This document shows, in pieces, positions 33,124-35,397 of a stretch of DNA of 35,397 nucleotides. Position 1 is the stretch's first letter; every line of letters starts with the position of its first letter. The notes under the pieces were generated by a model that saw nothing but the letters and a program-made list of their open reading frames with translations, was not told the DNA's origin and made no database searches. The DNA is from Chloroflexota bacterium (GTDB lineage: Bacteria; Chloroflexota; UBA6077; FW602-bin22; JBCLEL01), in NCBI GenBank assembly GCA_038913435.1, contig JBCLEL010000001.1:1-35397 (forward strand), in the 5' to 3' direction. The translations under genes and the position numbers were made by a program.

Positions 33124-34056
33124 TCACCACCACAGCTTGCGGGCCATCTCCTCGCCGAATATGCGCTCGTCCTTAGCCCAAAGTCCAGTGCTCAGGTACT
33201 TCCAACCACCATCAGCCAGAAGCGCGACGATATTGCCGGACTCCATCCGCTCGGCCATTCGGAGGGCGGCGTAGAGGACCGCGCCGGAGGATATGCCGGC
33301 AAAGATGCCCTCGTTCAAGGCCAGTGCGCGCTCTCCGCGCAGGGCGTTCACACTGTCAACTAGGATTTTACCATCAAGAATGTCCGGATCGAACACCGGA
33401 GGGATAAATCCTTCCTCCAGACTACGCAGACCCTGGACGAAATCGCCCTGCTCAGGCTCAGCCGCGATCACCTTGATCTTCGGATTGTGCTCCTTCAATC
33501 GGCGGCCGACGCCGGTCAAGGTGCCACCGGTGCCGAGGCCGGCCACGAACACGTCAACCTCCGGCAGATCCCGGATGATCTCAGCGCCGGTGCCGTTGTA
33601 ATGGGCCAGAAGATTCGCCTCGTTGCCGTATTGAAAGGGCATGTAATAGTTGTCCTGGTTGACCATGCGCTGAGCTTTTTCGATGGCCCCGTTGCTGCCG
33701 CGCGAGCCTTCGGAGAGCACGACCTCCGCGCCGAAAAGCTCCAGTAGCTGCCGGCGCTCGACGCTGACGTTTTCGGGCATGACCACTTTGACCTTGTAGC
33801 CCATCAGGCGACCGATGACAGCCAGGGATATGCCGGTATTGCCGCTGGTCGGTTCGAGGATAGTTTTGTCCGGCGTGAGCAAGCCGGATTTTCGACCGGC
33901 TTCGATCATCGAGATGGCGATGCGGTCTTTCAGGCTACCGGTTGGGTTTTGACCCTCCAGCTTGGCAAATATCCGCACCGAGGGTTTGGGCGAGGTCCGC
34001 TGCAGCTCCACCAGTGGGGTGTTGCCTATAACCTCGACAATATTCTTGAAGATCAT
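33124..34056 (-). CDS. cysM: Cysteine synthase (PLP-dependent, CysK/CysM family); CysO-dependent CysM type inferred from context
   Basis: Start moved to ATG 34056 (MIFKNIVEVIGNTPLVEL). PLP lysine context NPTGSLKDR, and the motifs TSGNTG and GTGGT. It lies directly downstream of a CysO-like carrier. Confidence 0.85.
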   Translation of the reverse strand: MIFKNIVEVIGNTPLVELQRTSPKPSVRIFAKLEGQNPTGSLKDRIAISMIEAGRKSGLLTPDKTILEPTSGNTGISLAVIGRLMGYKVKVVMPENVSVERRQLLELFGAEVVLSEGSRGSNGAIEKAQRMVNQDNYYMPFQYGNEANLLAHYNGTGAEIIRDLPEVDVFVAGLGTGGTLTGVGRRLKEHNPKIKVIAAEPEQGDFVQGLRSLEEGFIPPVFDPDILDGKILVDSVNALRGERALALNEGIFAGISSGAVLYAALRMAERMESGNIVALLADGGWKYLSTGLWAKDERIFGEEMARKLWW

Positions 34057-34078
34057 GGGTCGGAATCCGCTCGTCTTA

Positions 34079-34360
34079 TCAGGCTCCGCCGGCGACCGCC
34101 GGCAGTATAGCAACGACATCTCCATCCTTTAACTCAGTGCTCAGACGTTGGAGGTAGCGGATGTCTTCACCGTTGCGATAGATGTTGAGGAACCGGTGGG
34201 TCTGTCCCGTTTCGTCTATGATCTGCCCTTTCAGCCCAGGCCAGTTGGCCTCTAGGTCTCTTATTACGTCCGCTATGGTTAAACCGTCTACGGTGATCGT
34301 GTGGGAGCCGCCCGTGTATTTCCGTAACACGGGAGGAATCTTAATCGCAACTGCCATCAT
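34079..34360 (-). CDS. cysO: ThiS/MoaD-family sulfur-carrier protein, CysO type
   Basis: Start at the ATGATG at 34355-34360, preceded by GAGAGGA. IPPVLRKYTGG...VIRDLEANWPGL...HRFLNIYRNGEDIRYL...LKDGDVVAILPAVAGGA closely parallels mycobacterial CysO. It ends GG-Ala. The 39-aa N-terminal extension in the ORF track has no counterpart in the family. Confidence 0.85.
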   Translation of the reverse strand: MMAVAIKIPPVLRKYTGGSHTITVDGLTIADVIRDLEANWPGLKGQIIDETGQTHRFLNIYRNGEDIRYLQRLSTELKDGDVVAILPAVAGGA

Positions 34361-34436
34361 TCCTCTCAGGTGTTGGGTCGGGTATGGTTCTGGTAAGACA
34401 CAGGTGGGCGTATCGCCTGCGCCGATACACCAAAAC

Positions 34437-34455
34437 GCCGGCTCAGCCAGCCGGC
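34437..34455 (-). terminator. Terminator-like hairpin within the cysO leader
   Basis: The minus strand reads GCCGGCT ggctg AGCCGGC followed by GTTTTGG, about 75 nt upstream of the cysO start. A TATAAT box lies upstream of it (minus strand, 34499-34504). Confidence 0.3.
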
Positions 34456-34601
34456 ACTCTTGCTTGTATTTTCCCAAAGACCTACCGCATTAGCAATCAT
34501 TATAACGGCCTAAGCATATCTCATTGAGACGCTGCACTTAATCAACAATTGGCTAGAAGACATTATTGCCTCGACAAATCTCAACAGCCAATGCCTCGCT
34601 G

Positions 34602-35397
34602 CTAGATCGGCAGGAAGTGCGGCCGGCGCCGCTCAAACGTTGCCAGATAGCGGAAGCCAGCCGCCCGAAGCACCGCCAACCCCTCGGCAAAGCCATAGCC
34701 AATGTGCTCAGGCCGGTGCGCGTCGGCGCCGACGGTGACAATCTCGCCGCCTTCTTCTCGAAACCAGCGAAGTATGGTGAGGCTGGGGCATGGCTCGCAA
34801 GCCGGACTCCGCCAGCCGGAGGTATTGATCTCGACGCCCCGGCCTTTTTCGGCCAGCTTTCTCAGCACCGGCCGGATCAAATCCTCGTACTCCAGCGGAT
34901 CAAAGCGGCCGGCGATTGTCTCGCCCCGCCGTTTTGGCACATCGAGGTGCCCCATCACGTCGAAGTCGCCCTTGTCAACCGCTTCCAGCGCGGCCGAGAA
35001 GTATTGAATGTAGGCTTCTTTGCTGTCTATCTGGTGGAAGTACCCACTGGTGCAGGTGCAACGACCATTGACCCAATGCAAAGACCCGATTGCGAAGTCG
35101 AAGTCGGACTTTGCGAGCAGCTCGCGGTGCCGGTCGGCGTAATGGTGAGGGTCGCCAAGCTCCACACCGGCCCGAATCGCCAGCCGGCCGGCGTACTTTT
35201 CCCTGAACTGGCGCAGCGCAGCCGCGTATCCTTCCAGGTTCAGATGGCCGGCCGCCTCGTCCAGCGGTTCAAAGTCGGCGTGGTCGGTGAAGGCGATTTC
35301 GACGACGCCGGCGGCGATTGCGGCCGCGCACATCGTCTCCATTGAGTATCTACAATCAGGTGAGAAGTCGGTGTGGGTGTGATATTCAACTGGTGAG
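34602..35397 (-). CDS. PHP-domain phosphoesterase (HisJ-type histidinol-phosphatase family), 5' end outside the window
   Basis: The frame stays open upstream of the ORF-track Met (35342) to the window edge. There it encodes EYHTHTDFSPDCRYS, the PHP N-terminal HxH motif, followed by AFTDHADF and GSLHWV. The CDS is therefore partial. Confidence 0.8.
   Translation of the reverse strand, partial: SPVEYHTHTDFSPDCRYSMETMCAAAIAAGVVEIAFTDHADFEPLDEAAGHLNLEGYAAALRQFREKYAGRLAIRAGVELGDPHHYADRHRELLAKSDFDFAIGSLHWVNGRCTCTSGYFHQIDSKEAYIQYFSAALEAVDKGDFDVMGHLDVPKRRGETIAGRFDPLEYEDLIRPVLRKLAEKGRGVEINTSGWRSPACEPCPSLTILRWFREEGGEIVTVGADAHRPEHIGYGFAEGLAVLRAAGFRYLATFERRRPHFLPI

Noticed and set aside
34056-34477. Longer ORF-track starts for cysM (34125) and cysO (34477), and TTG 3512 for the PD-(D/E)xK gene.
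   Set aside because: The extensions add N-terminal residues with no counterpart in the families and overlap upstream genes or leaders. The internal ATGs coincide with the conserved N-termini and have better RBS context.

Overview
This is a 35.4-kb chromosomal segment from a moderately high-GC bacterium. Tat/lipoprotein solute-binding proteins with EKIV-type repeat linkers and many GC-rich extragenic palindromes suggest a Chloroflexota-like organism, but that is inference only.

Core content:
- gcvPA-gcvPB and an orphan family-5 solute-binding protein.
- A decayed PBP1-like gene, a GNAT and a GT4 glycosyltransferase.
- trmD-cinA and a convergent sortase.
- An 11-gene same-strand ABC-uptake/catabolic operon (17.1-28.8 kb).
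- A shortened DarA/PstA-like PII-type protein, secF and a PBP2-type transpeptidase.
- cysO-cysM and a PHP-family phosphatase that runs off the right edge.

Accessory content:
1. A visibly AT-richer 1.1-kb islet (3065-4150) encodes a RusA-like resolvase with an intact active-site motif. Next to it is a YraN/Hjc-like PD-(D/E)xK protein with an unrecognised acidic C-terminal domain. No phage genes are nearby.
2. A second AT-richer islet (8900-11994) encodes a small PD-ExK nuclease translationally coupled (ATGA overlap) to a 763-aa gamma-class N6-adenine methyltransferase with a TRD-like tail. This is an MmeI-like Type IIG/IIL architecture split into two genes, and an orphan DUF2283 gene follows it.
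3. A repeat junkyard (15.1-17.0 kb) holds an internally deleted IS5-family element and a tandem ~100-bp unit carrying a nested MITE-like insertion.

The best candidates for something undescribed are the RusA-like/PD-(D/E)xK pair, then the split RM-like pair, then the catabolic operon of unknown substrate. All functional calls rest on motif recognition by eye. No database search was possible.
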